A stretch of 33,512 nt of DNA from an uncultured Bifidobacterium sp. (GTDB lineage Bacteria; Actinomycetota; Acidimicrobiia; Acidimicrobiales; Ilumatobacteraceae), in contig CAYFLC010000003.1 in assembly GCA_964343885.1 (NCBI GenBank), positions 1-33,512 of the forward strand. Reading direction: 5' to 3'. Shown piece by piece: positions 1-9,021 of this stretch. A program made the translations under genes and the position numbers. Each line of letters begins with the position of its first letter. Positions within the stretch are counted from its first letter, which is position 1. The notes below the pieces were generated by a model. That model had not been told where the DNA came from. It made no database searches and worked only from the letters and a program-made list of their open reading frames with translations.

Positions 1-2
1 CT

Positions 3-248
3 TCTGCACCGTTCATCATCGGACTTGCATGCGGATGGTGGGCTGCGAGCGGATGGAAGAATCCGTTTGCGGTTCAAACGGGAATCGTGGTGTGGATGGC
101 CACCGTCGTGATCGGAATGTTGCTGCGCAACTTCATGTGGGATCGCGGAACTGCCGTTGCATTCATCATCGTTGCAACCGTCTTCAACGCACTCACCCTG
201 ATTGGCTGGCGCGTCGTACGCGAGAACATCACACAGCGACGGGCGTAG
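3..248 (+). CDS. Hypothetical integral membrane protein, C-terminal fragment (5' end lies outside the window)
   Basis: The frame is open from the window edge to TAG at 246-248. The translation SAPFIIGLACGWWAASGW...IVVWMATVVIGMLLRNFMW...AVAFIIVATVFNALTLIGWRVVREN shows three hydrophobic helix-like segments. It is absent from the ORF track because it has no start codon in the window. Confidence 0.5.
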   Translation, partial: SAPFIIGLACGWWAASGWKNPFAVQTGIVVWMATVVIGMLLRNFMWDRGTAVAFIIVATVFNALTLIGWRVVRENITQRRA

Positions 249-280
249 ATTCTCGGCGCGACTCTGCGTCGTAAGGGATT

Positions 281-321
281 TCGGTGTGTAAGTGCTCGTT
301 TTCCGAGCTTTTACACACCGA
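281..321. terminator. Bidirectional stem-loop between convergent genes (membrane protein and ilvD)
   Basis: tcggtgtgtaa gt gctcg ttttc cgagc tt ttacacaccga forms an 11-bp outer stem plus a 5-bp inner stem, separated by a 2-nt internal mismatch, with a 5-nt loop. It lies in the 86-nt gap between stop codons at 246-248 (plus strand) and 335-337 (minus strand). There is no U-tract on either side. Confidence 0.6.
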
Positions 322-334
322 GAACCCTCAAGAG

Positions 335-2041
335 TTAGAAGTTGGTGATCGCCCCGGTTTCGGCGCCCTGCACGAGCTTTGCGTACTTGCCAAGCACTCC
401 TGTCGTGTAGCGCGGTGGGTTCGGCTGCCAGCCGACCTTGCGCTTGGCCAGTTCGTCGTTGCTGACCAGCAAGTCGAGACGCTTCTCGTGCACATCGATG
501 AGGATGCGGTCGCCGTCGCGTACGAACGCGATCGGCCCACCGTCGACCGCCTCGGGTGCGACGTGTCCGATACAGAAGCCCCACGTGCCGCCACTGAATC
601 GACCATCGGTGATGAGCGCACAGTCGTAGCCGCGCCCTGCACCCTTCAGCGCACCGGTAATCGCGAGCATCTCGCGCATTCCCGGGCCGCCCTTCGGGCC
701 CTCGTAACGAATGACGAGCACGTCGCCCGGCTTGATCTTGCCGGCAAGGATCTCGGCCATCGCGCCGTCTTCTCCGTCGAACACACGCGCATTTCCCTCG
801 AAGTGCATCTGGTCGTGCGTGAGGCCCGCAACCTTGACGACCGACCCCTTCGGCGCGAGCGACCCGGTGAGCACGTTGATGCCGCCGTCGCTGTGAATCG
901 GGTCGGACAACGGGTGGATGACGTCACCGTCGGGCCCGGGCGGGTTGATGTCGGCGAGATTCTCGGCCATGGTCTTGCCGGTCACGGTCATGACGTCACC
1001 GTGCAACAAGCCCGCGTCAAGCAGCATCTTCAACACAACGGGAACGCCGCCGATGCGGTCGATGTCGGACATGTGGTACTTGCCGCCCGGCTTGGTGTCG
1101 GCGATATGCGGCACCTTCGCAGCGATGCGGTTGAAGTCGTCGAGGCTGAGCTCGACGCCGATTTCATTAGCAATCGCGAGCAAGTGCAGCACGGCATTGG
1201 TGCTGCCTCCGAAAGCGTTGGTGACGGCGATGGCATTCTCGAACGCCTTCTTCGTCATGATGTCTTTCGGACGAAGGCCAAGGCGCAGCATGTTCACCAC
1301 AGCCTCGCCTGCGCGGCGCGCGTCATCGTCGCGACGACCGTCGATTGCCGGCGGCGAGGCGGTGCCCGGAAGGCTCATGCCCAATGCTTCGGCGATCGAT
1401 GACATGGTGTTTGCGGTGAACATTCCGCCGCATGCACCCTCACCCGGGCAGGCCTTCTCTTCGATTGCTTTCAGTTCGGCATCGTCGATCGTGCCGAGCG
1501 CATGCGCACCGACGGCTTCGAAAACGCTGGTGATATCGAGTGCCTTGCCGTCGTGATGACCGGGCATGATCGAACCGTTGTAGACGAACACCGACGGAAG
1601 ATTCAGGCGCGCGGCCGCCATCAACATCGCGGGAATGCTCTTGTCGCATCCTGCAAGGCCGACGAAACCATCGAATCGCTCGGCATGGACAACCGTTTCG
1701 ACCGAGTCGGTGATGACCTCGCGGCTGACCAGTGACGCGCGCATTCCTTCGTGACCCATCGAAATTCCGTCGCTGACCGTGATGGTGCCGAACTCGAGGG
1801 CAACACCACCGGCATCGCGGACACCACGCTTGGCGTGATCGGCCAACTTCCGCAAGGTCATGTTGCAGGGCGTGACTTCATTCCATGCCGATGCGATACC
1901 GATCTGCGGCTTCTGCCAATCGTCGTCGCCGAGGCCGACCGCGCGAAGCATCGCGCGCGCCGGCGCCTTCTGCGGGCCGTCGGTGACGTCGCGACTGCGC
2001 GGCTTGATGTCGACTGGAGTGCCGTCCGGTGTTGTTGCCAT
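335..2041 (-). CDS. ilvD: Dihydroxy-acid dehydratase (IlvD/Edd family), 568 aa
   Basis: Family motifs [28 protein letters not shown] and [10 protein letters not shown] are present across the full length. I chose the start at MATTPDG (ATG 2039-2041 on the minus strand) because the 26 extra codons of the track ORF are Arg-rich and overlap the upstream gene. Confidence 0.93.
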   Translation of the reverse strand: MATTPDGTPVDIKPRSRDVTDGPQKAPARAMLRAVGLGDDDWQKPQIGIASAWNEVTPCNMTLRKLADHAKRGVRDAGGVALEFGTITVSDGISMGHEGMRASLVSREVITDSVETVVHAERFDGFVGLAGCDKSIPAMLMAAARLNLPSVFVYNGSIMPGHHDGKALDITSVFEAVGAHALGTIDDAELKAIEEKACPGEGACGGMFTANTMSSIAEALGMSLPGTASPPAIDGRRDDDARRAGEAVVNMLRLGLRPKDIMTKKAFENAIAVTNAFGGSTNAVLHLLAIANEIGVELSLDDFNRIAAKVPHIADTKPGGKYHMSDIDRIGGVPVVLKMLLDAGLLHGDVMTVTGKTMAENLADINPPGPDGDVIHPLSDPIHSDGGINVLTGSLAPKGSVVKVAGLTHDQMHFEGNARVFDGEDGAMAEILAGKIKPGDVLVIRYEGPKGGPGMREMLAITGALKGAGRGYDCALITDGRFSGGTWGFCIGHVAPEAVDGGPIAFVRDGDRILIDVHEKRLDLLVSNDELAKRKVGWQPNPPRYTTGVLGKYAKLVQGAETGAITNF

Positions 2042-2051
2042 GGACGAGAGG

Positions 2052-2903
2052 CTATTGGGCGGGAACGGCGACCTTCTCGTTCGTCGCGACCGACGACGTT
2101 TTTGTTGCGCGATCTCCACGCAGGAATGCCCACGTGATCGGAATCAGGTAGGCAAAGTACGCGATGACCCGAATTTTCTCGGCCTCGTTGTGCCATCCGA
2201 AGAATCCTGAGATGAAGTCGTAGAAGGTTCCGCTGGACCATGCACCCGACGTGACGGTCCACGCCGGCGCAACGAGCCATCCGGACTCGAACCCGAGCAA
2301 TTCTCGATATTCGTGGAAGAACTTGCCGAACAGACCAGCTGCGAAGAGGATCAACAACACGCCGGTCACGTTGAAAAAAACCCGAAGATTCAAGCGGTTA
2401 CCGCCCGCATAAACGAGTCGACCGAGGACTGCTGCGACAGCCAAGCCGAATAAGCCTCCGATGACCACGCTCGAGCCACTCGCCGAGGCTGTTTCAGCCG
2501 AAATGAGGAAGAGCACCGTTTCCAAACCTTCGCGCAAGACCGCAACGAACGCAATCGTCGCAAGCGCTCTGTGCGTCTCTGCACGGTCGACCTGTGCGCG
2601 GAGTTCAGCTCCGAGACCGCGCGAATTCTTTCGCATCCAGAAGATCATCCACGTCAGAACCGCGGCCGCCGTGATGGCGATCGTCCCCTCGATGAACTGT
2701 TCGGCCTTGCCCGTGAACTCGCCGACGAACACGTGGAACGCGATACCGCCGATCAAGCAGATGACGGCGGCGGTACCGGCTCCGCGCCAGACGGCGGCGA
2801 CATCGGCCTGACGGCCACTCTTCACCAGATACGCGATGAGGATCGCCAGAACGAGGGCGATCTCGAGACCTTCGCGCAATGTGATGAGAAAACTTGCTCC
2901 CAA
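2052..2903 (-). CDS. FTR1/EfeU-family high-affinity iron permease, 283 aa
   Basis: Two REGLE (RExxE) motifs are present ([10 protein letters not shown] and [10 protein letters not shown]) in a polytopic hydrophobic protein. It uses a TTG start preceded by GGAGG 7 nt upstream. Its stop lies 10 nt before the ilvD start. Confidence 0.82.
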   Translation of the reverse strand: MGASFLITLREGLEIALVLAILIAYLVKSGRQADVAAVWRGAGTAAVICLIGGIAFHVFVGEFTGKAEQFIEGTIAITAAAVLTWMIFWMRKNSRGLGAELRAQVDRAETHRALATIAFVAVLREGLETVLFLISAETASASGSSVVIGGLFGLAVAAVLGRLVYAGGNRLNLRVFFNVTGVLLILFAAGLFGKFFHEYRELLGFESGWLVAPAWTVTSGAWSSGTFYDFISGFFGWHNEAEKIRVIAYFAYLIPITWAFLRGDRATKTSSVATNEKVAVPAQ

Positions 2904-2953
2904 CGGGGGACCTCCGGGGTGAGGACGAGTTGTGCGGATAAGTGTAAGGACTA

Positions 2954-2991
2954 CCTAACGCAATGTTAGGGCTGCCAAACAAACTTGTCAA
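2954..2991 (-). promoter_or_regulatory. Candidate sigma-A-type promoter (TTGACA-17 nt-TAACAT) overlapping a CCTAAC-N5-GTTAGG palindrome, upstream of the iron permease
   Basis: Read on the minus strand: gTTGACAagtttgtttggcagcccTAACATtgcgttagg. The -10 hexamer overlaps the left half of the inverted repeat CCTAACattgcGTTAGG (2954..2970). It lies about 50-85 nt upstream of the TTG start. Confidence 0.4.
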
Positions 2992-3025
2992 CTCGATGGA
3001 AGTCGAACCGGCAGACGAGAAAACG

Positions 3026-4282
3026 CTATCGCCGATCGGCGGGCACGCCGAAGCCGAAGAGGTTGCTGCCGACCTTGCGCATCTGAATTTCCTCGCTGCC
3101 TTCGGTGATGCGGTAGCGGCGGTGGTGTCGGTAAATGTGCTCAAAGGGCATGTGTCGCGAGTAGCCGACTCCCCCGCACGTTTGCATCGCACGGTCGGCG
3201 GCTTCGCAGGCCAGGCGATTGCCGCGGTAGTTGCACATCGCCACGAGGTGTGTGACTTCCATGTGGTGCTTCTGGTCGAGCGACCACGCCGTGTAGCGCA
3301 CCAACTGGCGCAACATCGCGGCCTCGGTGTGCAACTCCACGAGTGGGAACTGGATGCCCTGGTTGCTCGACAGCTTCTTGCCCCACGTGACGCGACTGTT
3401 CGCGTACTTCACTGCCTCGTTGATGCAGAACTGCGCGGCACCGAGCGACGACGCGGCTTGGCGAATGCGGTTCTCGTGGACGAAGTGCTGTGCCAACTCG
3501 AGGCCGTGGTCAACACGGCCGAACACCGCATCGCTGCCGACGCGCACGTCTTTCATGCTCACTTCCGCATGATCGGTGGGCATGTTGAAGGTCCACCAGA
3601 AAAAATCGACGTTGAAACCGGGCGAATCGGTGGGCACGAGGAAGGCTGTGATTCCGACGGGGTCGCCGGGCTTGCCGCTGGTGCGGGCGAAGATGATGTC
3701 GTGCGTGGCGTGATGCAGGCCACTGTTCCAACGCTTCATGCCGTTCAGCACCCACTCGTCGCCGTCACGGTAGGCGGTTGTTTCCAGATACGTCGCGTCA
3801 CTTCCGTGGTTCGGCTCGGTGAGCCCGAACGCAAGACGGCGCGTGCCATCGAGGAATCCGGGCATCCATGCAGCCTTCTGCGCTTCGGTACCGAAGTCGC
3901 GCATCATCAACACGGTGGGAAAGTTGCCGACGATGCTCGACTCGTTCTGCAAGTCGTTGTGAAGACCGAGACCCTTCGTGGCGAGGTGTTCGCGAATGAT
4001 GGCCATTTCGAGGTTGCTCGCATCGCGGCCGCCGAACTCCTTGGGCAACGCCAGACGCAACCAACCCGCGGCGTCGGCACGACGGCGCATTTCGCGCAAC
4101 AACGCCTCCCAGTCGGCCCGCGGCACACCGTCGTTCTCGAAGTCTGTGCGCGCCCACTCACGCCGGTGATCGAAGAACCGCATGTTGTCGTCTTGATTCT
4201 GCAGCGGCGTGATTTCCGCATCGATGAATGCATCGAGCGCGTCGAGCGTTGCCTGAATTTCATTCGGGATCGCAAAGTCCAT
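3026..4282 (-). CDS. Acyl-CoA dehydrogenase family protein, 418 aa
   Basis: ACAD signatures FGLTEPNHGSDATYL and YRITEGSEEIQMRKV are present. I chose the start at MDFAIPNEIQ (ATG) because the 74 upstream codons of the track ORF are Arg/Pro-rich and overlap the divergent gene. Confidence 0.88.
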   Translation of the reverse strand: MDFAIPNEIQATLDALDAFIDAEITPLQNQDDNMRFFDHRREWARTDFENDGVPRADWEALLREMRRRADAAGWLRLALPKEFGGRDASNLEMAIIREHLATKGLGLHNDLQNESSIVGNFPTVLMMRDFGTEAQKAAWMPGFLDGTRRLAFGLTEPNHGSDATYLETTAYRDGDEWVLNGMKRWNSGLHHATHDIIFARTSGKPGDPVGITAFLVPTDSPGFNVDFFWWTFNMPTDHAEVSMKDVRVGSDAVFGRVDHGLELAQHFVHENRIRQAASSLGAAQFCINEAVKYANSRVTWGKKLSSNQGIQFPLVELHTEAAMLRQLVRYTAWSLDQKHHMEVTHLVAMCNYRGNRLACEAADRAMQTCGGVGYSRHMPFEHIYRHHRRYRITEGSEEIQMRKVGSNLFGFGVPADRR

Positions 4283-4392
4283 ACCCCGAGGGTAGGCGAC
4301 GGGTTTCACGGCCTGAGAACGCGCCGACCATCGGTTACCGAGCGGTAGGAAAGGCAAGATGGATCCGTAATACAACAGCAAAGGCAGAACAA

Positions 4393-5265
4393 ATGGCAGC
4401 AACCCAGGTATCCCGTGTCGGCGTCGTTGGATGCGGCTTGATGGGATCCGGCATCGCCGAGGTGTGCGCAAAGGCCGGCCTCGACGTGATGGTGCGCGAG
4501 GCAAACCCGGCCGCGATGGAAGCCGGCCAGAAACGCCTGATCTCGTCGCTCGACCGTGCGCTCGGCGCGAACAAGATCACCGAAGACGAGCGCGACTCGG
4601 CCCTGGCGCGGCTGAGCTTCACCACCGACATGGCCGACTTCGCCGACCGCCAACTCGTCGTCGAAGCAATCGTCGAGGACGAAGCGATGAAGACCGATGT
4701 CTTCGCGCAACTCGACAAGTACCTCAACGACGACAACGCGATTCTCGCAACGAATACTTCGTCGATCCCCGTGATGAAGCTCGGCATGGCGACGAAGCGA
4801 CCCTCGCAAGTCGTGGGTATTCACTTCTTCAACCCCGTTCCTGTGTTGCGTCTGGTCGAACTCGTACCGTCGCTCTTGACCTCGCAAGAGACCATCTCGC
4901 GCGCCGTCGACTTCGCCGAGACGACACTGCGCAAGCGCGTCATCCGCTCGAACGACCGTGCGGGCTTCATCGTCAATGCGTTGCTCGTGCCCTACATCCT
5001 CTCCGCGGTGCGCATGATGGAATCGGGTTACGCATCGGCGGAAGACATCGACCTCGGCATGGTCGAAGGTTGCGCGCACCCGATGGGCCCGCTGCGCCTC
5101 GCCGACCTCATCGGCCTCGACACCATCGTCGCGATCGCCGAAAGTCTCTACATGGAATTCAAAGAACCGCTGTACGCGGCACCGCCGCTCTTGTCGCGCA
5201 TGGTCGATGCAGGTTTGCTCGGCCGCAAGGCAGGGCGCGGTTTTTACGACTACACGAAGAAATAA
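4393..5265 (+). CDS. 3-hydroxyacyl-CoA / 3-hydroxybutyryl-CoA dehydrogenase (NAD-binding), 290 aa
   Basis: An N-terminal Rossmann motif VGVVGCGLMGSGIAE and the family motif GIHFFNPVPVLRLVELV are present. I chose the start at MAATQVSRVG (ATG 4393). Confidence 0.9.
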   Translation: MAATQVSRVGVVGCGLMGSGIAEVCAKAGLDVMVREANPAAMEAGQKRLISSLDRALGANKITEDERDSALARLSFTTDMADFADRQLVVEAIVEDEAMKTDVFAQLDKYLNDDNAILATNTSSIPVMKLGMATKRPSQVVGIHFFNPVPVLRLVELVPSLLTSQETISRAVDFAETTLRKRVIRSNDRAGFIVNALLVPYILSAVRMMESGYASAEDIDLGMVEGCAHPMGPLRLADLIGLDTIVAIAESLYMEFKEPLYAAPPLLSRMVDAGLLGRKAGRGFYDYTKK

Positions 5266-5292
5266 GAAAAGACGAGAAAGAAGGAACGAGCC

Positions 5293-6441
5293 ATGGCTGA
5301 CCAGCAGTTTTCGCTCGACGAAGAACAACTCGCGTTCCGCGACGTGATCCGCCGTTTCGCGGAAGAAAAGATCGCACCACTCGCCGCCGAAACCGACCGC
5401 ACGGGCGAATACTCGTGGGATTCGTTCAAGGCACTGCAGCAAATGGAACTCACGGCCCTGTCGTATCCCGCCGAGTACGGGGGCAGTGGTGCTCCCCTCG
5501 TCACACAGGCGGTCGTCGCCGAAGAACTCGCGCGTGTGTGTGCAAGTACCAGCCTCATGTTCCTCATTTCGAAACTCGGCATGCTTCCCGTCATCAACTT
5601 CGGTAGCCATGAGTTGAAGTCGAAGTACTTGCCCCGCATCTGCAGCGGCGAGTCGCAGTGCAGCTATGGCTTGTCGGAAGCCGACGCCGGAAGCGACGTT
5701 GCGTCAATGACAACGCACGCAATCCGCGACGGCAACGACTGGATCATCAACGGCTCGAAGATCTGGATCACCAACGCAAGTATCAGCGATCTCTACACCG
5801 TGTTCGCACGCACAAGCGACGACCGCCACAAGGGCCTCACCGCTTTTCTCGTCGAAGCCGATTGGGGTGTGCATGTCGACAAGCTCGAACACAAGCTCGG
5901 AATCAAGGGCTCGCCCACCGGCGTCATCCGCTTCGATGACATGCGCGTTCCCGATGCAAACCGAATCGGCGAGGTGGGTCAAGGCTTCACCATCGCAATG
6001 CACACCCTCGACCGCAGCCGGCCAACGATCGGTGCGCAGGCCGTGGGGATCGCCCAGGGTGCGATCGACTTCGCCGTCAACTACATGAAGGAACGCAAAA
6101 CCTTTGGCGCCGCATTGTCGACGCGTCAAGGCTTGCAATGGATGGTTGCCGAAGCGCAAATGCAGGTCGAGGCAGCACGCACGATGGTGTACCGCGCGTG
6201 TGCCGCTGTCGACGCAGGCGACCAGCACGGCGATCTTTCGACCCTCGGTGCCATGGCGAAGTGGTTCGCGTCGGACGTGGCGATGAAGGTCACCACCGAC
6301 TGCGTACAGCTCTTGGGCGGCTACGGCTACACCAACGATTTCCCTGTCGAGCGCATGATGCGCGACGCGAAGATCACACAGATCTACGAGGGCACGAACC
6401 AGATCCAGCGCATGGTCGTGTCGAAAAAGATCTTCGGCTAA
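5293..6441 (+). CDS. Acyl-CoA dehydrogenase (short/branched-chain type), 382 aa
   Basis: Motifs YGLSEADAGSDVASM and ITQIYEGTNQIQRMVVSK are present. An AGGA ribosome-binding site lies upstream of the ATG, 27 nt after the preceding gene. Confidence 0.92.
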   Translation: MADQQFSLDEEQLAFRDVIRRFAEEKIAPLAAETDRTGEYSWDSFKALQQMELTALSYPAEYGGSGAPLVTQAVVAEELARVCASTSLMFLISKLGMLPVINFGSHELKSKYLPRICSGESQCSYGLSEADAGSDVASMTTHAIRDGNDWIINGSKIWITNASISDLYTVFARTSDDRHKGLTAFLVEADWGVHVDKLEHKLGIKGSPTGVIRFDDMRVPDANRIGEVGQGFTIAMHTLDRSRPTIGAQAVGIAQGAIDFAVNYMKERKTFGAALSTRQGLQWMVAEAQMQVEAARTMVYRACAAVDAGDQHGDLSTLGAMAKWFASDVAMKVTTDCVQLLGGYGYTNDFPVERMMRDAKITQIYEGTNQIQRMVVSKKIFG

Positions 6442-6459
6442 CCCACAACCAACAAGTCG

Positions 6460-7599
6460 TCACAGCGACGACGTTGCCGGGGCGAGACACCCGACGATGA
6501 ACGCGAGGCGACGCGATTCGCCCGAAATGTCGGACATGTGGTTGCAATCGAGGTCGACCACTGCAACAACCTTGTCGTTCTCCCACCAGAACTTCACGCC
6601 GGCGTGGCCCTTGTTCCAGTCGTTCAATTCACCGAGCAGGAAGTCGCTGCAGTCGATGCCACGTGTGATGGTCGCCGACAGGCGACAAATGGGGTGTCTG
6701 CCGCCGTGCACCTCGGCGCGTACCTGAACCAAGTCGACGAGAAATTCGACGGCACGGTCGCCGTCGCGTGTGAAATCGATTCCGGCGTTCGACAATTCGC
6801 GGCGCATCGTGCTTCCCCATTCGAGCGCCACCGGATCGATGAACGGACACGTGAGCGTCCAACCTTTGCCAACCACACGGCATCCGCTGCCGTTCGGTCC
6901 GTCGATCTGGAATTCGATGGTGTCGTCGCCGTCGTCGGACGTTGTAAAGTCGCGAAGAACACGTGCAACGATGCTGACCGCGCTGTGGAAGCTGGCCGTG
7001 CCGTCGGTTTCAGCCGACACCGAGACCGTCGCGCGACCTTGGGCATGGCCCGACCAATCGCTATGAAAGGCAATGCGACCGTTCTCGACCACGCACCACA
7101 GAGGTGGCCCGTATCCGGGGAAGTCGACGCCGATCGGCGGCGTGCGAGCGGCATCGAGAATGTCGGCGAGGCGCGCACCGGAAACCCTGGCCGTGCACTC
7201 GACCGACTCGAGTTCGAAGACCTGACCGGGTTCGAAGGTGGGAAGGTCGTACGCCAGTGTGACGTCGGGAAAGGTGATCACGAATGATTCGTCGTCGCCG
7301 AGCGACAACCTGCCGTCGGTTTCGGACTTGGCAACATCGGTGATGGCATTCGCTGCGCGCGCGGTGAACGGCACGCGAAACGAACCAACGACACCCGATT
7401 CGACCGCCACGTATTCGAAGTGAAATCTGGACGAAGAGATGTGCCAGACGCGGCGACCACCCGCAACTTCGAGCCACATACGGAACCATCCGTTGTCTTT
7501 CGCTTCGAACGCAGTGACGAAGTGCCAGAGGCGCCACCATTCGTCGAACGGAACATGCTGCGGATTCGCGGCGAACCCATCGCGGTTGCCCGGGCTCAT
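6460..7599 (-). CDS. Hypothetical protein, 379 aa (C-terminal region possibly YbjN-like; unverified)
   Basis: This is a long ORF with coding-like composition. I chose the start at MSPGNRDGF, whose ATG overlaps the stop of the upstream small ORF (ATGA). No family motif was recognised with certainty. Confidence 0.6.
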   Translation of the reverse strand: MSPGNRDGFAANPQHVPFDEWWRLWHFVTAFEAKDNGWFRMWLEVAGGRRVWHISSSRFHFEYVAVESGVVGSFRVPFTARAANAITDVAKSETDGRLSLGDDESFVITFPDVTLAYDLPTFEPGQVFELESVECTARVSGARLADILDAARTPPIGVDFPGYGPPLWCVVENGRIAFHSDWSGHAQGRATVSVSAETDGTASFHSAVSIVARVLRDFTTSDDGDDTIEFQIDGPNGSGCRVVGKGWTLTCPFIDPVALEWGSTMRRELSNAGIDFTRDGDRAVEFLVDLVQVRAEVHGGRHPICRLSATITRGIDCSDFLLGELNDWNKGHAGVKFWWENDKVVAVVDLDCNHMSDISGESRRLAFIVGCLAPATSSL

Positions 7600-7955
7600 C
7601 GGTACATCCTTGGGTGAACGCGCGACGAGCCGACGCCCGGTTCGAACGGTGATGACACAGGGTCGGGAGTCGGCACGAAATCGGACGACGTGACATCGTC
7701 GTCGGCACCGTCGGCACCCATCGCACACGGAGCACCGACGCGCAGAGCGAGGTCTTCGAGTGTGTTGGCCAGACGCGCCGCAGCCGTGATGTCGAGCCCA
7801 CCGAATGAGACAAGTTCACCGTCGAGTGACACCCACGCGCTCTTGTCGGCCGCAGTCGGCACGATCGACAAGTCACCCAGTGCGCGCACCAGGCGGCGGA
7901 ACACGGCCGCCGCGGCTGCCTGTGTGGGGTCTGACGGGGACGGTGCGGTGGACAA
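7596..7955 (-). CDS. Small hypothetical protein, 119 aa
   Basis: A TTG start is preceded by AAGGAG 7 nt upstream (aAAGGAGcccacaTTG on the minus strand). It is in frame with the C-terminal part of track ORF 7596..8432. Its stop overlaps the downstream start (ATGA). Confidence 0.5.
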   Translation of the reverse strand: MSTAPSPSDPTQAAAAAVFRRLVRALGDLSIVPTAADKSAWVSLDGELVSFGGLDITAAARLANTLEDLALRVGAPCAMGADGADDDVTSSDFVPTPDPVSSPFEPGVGSSRVHPRMYR

Positions 7956-8094
7956 TGTGGGCTCCTTTGTGCCGATCGGAAGCCCAGAGTGCCAAGGGGG
8001 TGTCATACGTCTGCCTCGGGTGGCGACCCTCACACCAAAACCACTATTTTCAGGGGTCTCGCCGCCGGTCCCGGTGGCCTCACAGGGGGCAGAA

Positions 8095-9009
8095 ATGTTC
8101 GACTTCAAGGGAAAGACCGTTCTCATCACCGGCGCTTCGTACGGCCTCGGTGCCAGCTTCGCCGAAGGCTTCGCGGGCGCAGGCGCCAACCTGATCCTCA
8201 CGGCCCGTAGCAAGGACCTCCTCGAGCAGACCGGTGAGGCGTGCCGCAAGCTCGGCGCAAAGGTTCTGTGCGTCACGGGCGACGTGTCGATCGAAGACGA
8301 TGTGAAGCGTGTCGTCGCAGCGGGCATCAAAGAGTTCGGTGGCATCGACACCCTCGTCAACAACGCCGGCATCTCCGACGTGAAGGGCATCGGCGCCGAG
8401 CGCTTCCCCACCGACTCGTTCGACAACATCATGGCGGTCGACCTCCGCGGCGCGTTCCTCTACATGCGCGAAGTCGGCCTGCACATGTTGCTGAAGAAGA
8501 GCGGCAACATCGTCAACATCTGCTCGATCATGGGAAGCGGCGCGAACGAAATGAACATCATCGCCTACACCGCAGCGAAGGGTGCGCTGCGCAACATCAC
8601 CCAGCAGCTCGGTTGCGAGTGGGCCGACCGTGGTGTTCGCGTCAACGCCGTCAGCCCCGGTTTCATCATCACTGAAATGACCCGCGTCGCACTCGAAGGC
8701 ATGGGCATGGACAAGTGGATCGCCTCACGCACACCGATGCGTCGTCTCGGCGAGGTGAAGGAAATCGTTGCACCCGTCATGTTCTTGGCCTCCGACATGG
8801 CCGGGTACATCACGGGTCACGACCTCCTCGTCGACGGCGGTACCAATGCGGCGAACGGCTACTACCAGTTGCAGCCGATCCACCACGCGTGGAACGCCGA
8901 CACGGCTCCCATGGCACCGGGCGCGTACCCCGGTCTGCTCCCACGACCCGACTGGGCAACTCCGTTGCTGCCCGGCATCCCGGGCGTTCACTACCCGCTG
9001 CCCGAGTAA
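8095..9009 (+). CDS. SDR-family oxidoreductase with a roughly 50-aa Pro-rich C-terminal extension, 304 aa
   Basis: Motifs TVLITGASYGLG (TGxxxGxG-type), NNAG and Y..AK (YTAAKGA) are present. I chose the start at MFDFKGK (ATG 8095); the 135 upstream codons of the track ORF are Ala/Ser/Arg-rich and not SDR-like. Confidence 0.85.
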   Translation: MFDFKGKTVLITGASYGLGASFAEGFAGAGANLILTARSKDLLEQTGEACRKLGAKVLCVTGDVSIEDDVKRVVAAGIKEFGGIDTLVNNAGISDVKGIGAERFPTDSFDNIMAVDLRGAFLYMREVGLHMLLKKSGNIVNICSIMGSGANEMNIIAYTAAKGALRNITQQLGCEWADRGVRVNAVSPGFIITEMTRVALEGMGMDKWIASRTPMRRLGEVKEIVAPVMFLASDMAGYITGHDLLVDGGTNAANGYYQLQPIHHAWNADTAPMAPGAYPGLLPRPDWATPLLPGIPGVHYPLPE

Positions 9010-9021
9010 TCGCCATTTCGC

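Noticed and set aside
29-274. 81-aa track ORF MRMVGCERMEES...
   Set aside because: It is Arg/Cys/His-rich and implausible. The frame ending at TAG 246-248 encodes three clean hydrophobic helices and is preferred, as an edge-truncated gene.
284-1402. 372-aa plus-strand ORF, and similar long ORFs (2963..4348 plus, 4306..5610 minus, 8725..9429 minus, 10521..11243 plus, 11234..11908 minus, with their mirrors)
   Set aside because: These are antisense shadow ORFs opposite well-supported genes (ilvD, ACAD, hbd, SDR/MazF-like, CMD, BCCP-CT). Their translations are Arg/Gly/Val/Asp-rich with no family motifs, which is typical of high-GC DNA.
2042-2119. N-terminal extensions of track ORFs (ilvD from 2119, ACAD from 4504, hbd from 4228, hypothetical from 7728, SDR from 7690, VOC from 10794, CMD from 11237)
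   Set aside because: The extensions are Arg/Pro/Ser-rich, overlap neighbouring genes or divergent promoters, and precede an internal Met that begins the conserved family N-terminus. I used the internal starts.
2954-2970. Calling the CCTAAC-N5-GTTAGG palindrome a canonical IdeR/DtxR iron box, or a terminator of the upstream acyl-CoA dehydrogenase
   Set aside because: The half-site orientation and spacing differ from the 19-bp TTAGGTTAGGCTAACCTAA consensus. As a hairpin it would have only a 6-bp AT-rich stem and no U-tract, so it would be a weak terminator. I kept it only as a candidate operator.
7956-8094. Imperfect inverted repeat gcgaccc...gggtctcgc in the divergent region upstream of the SDR gene
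   Set aside because: The arms do not pair cleanly (2-nt insertion) and are separated by about 25 nt. This is not distinguishable from chance in GC-rich DNA.
7956-8432. Upstream 159 codons of the 278-aa minus-strand ORF 7596..8432
   Set aside because: This part is antisense to the SDR gene. Only the last 119 codons, which start at a TTG with a strong AAGGAG site in the intergenic region, look like a real gene.
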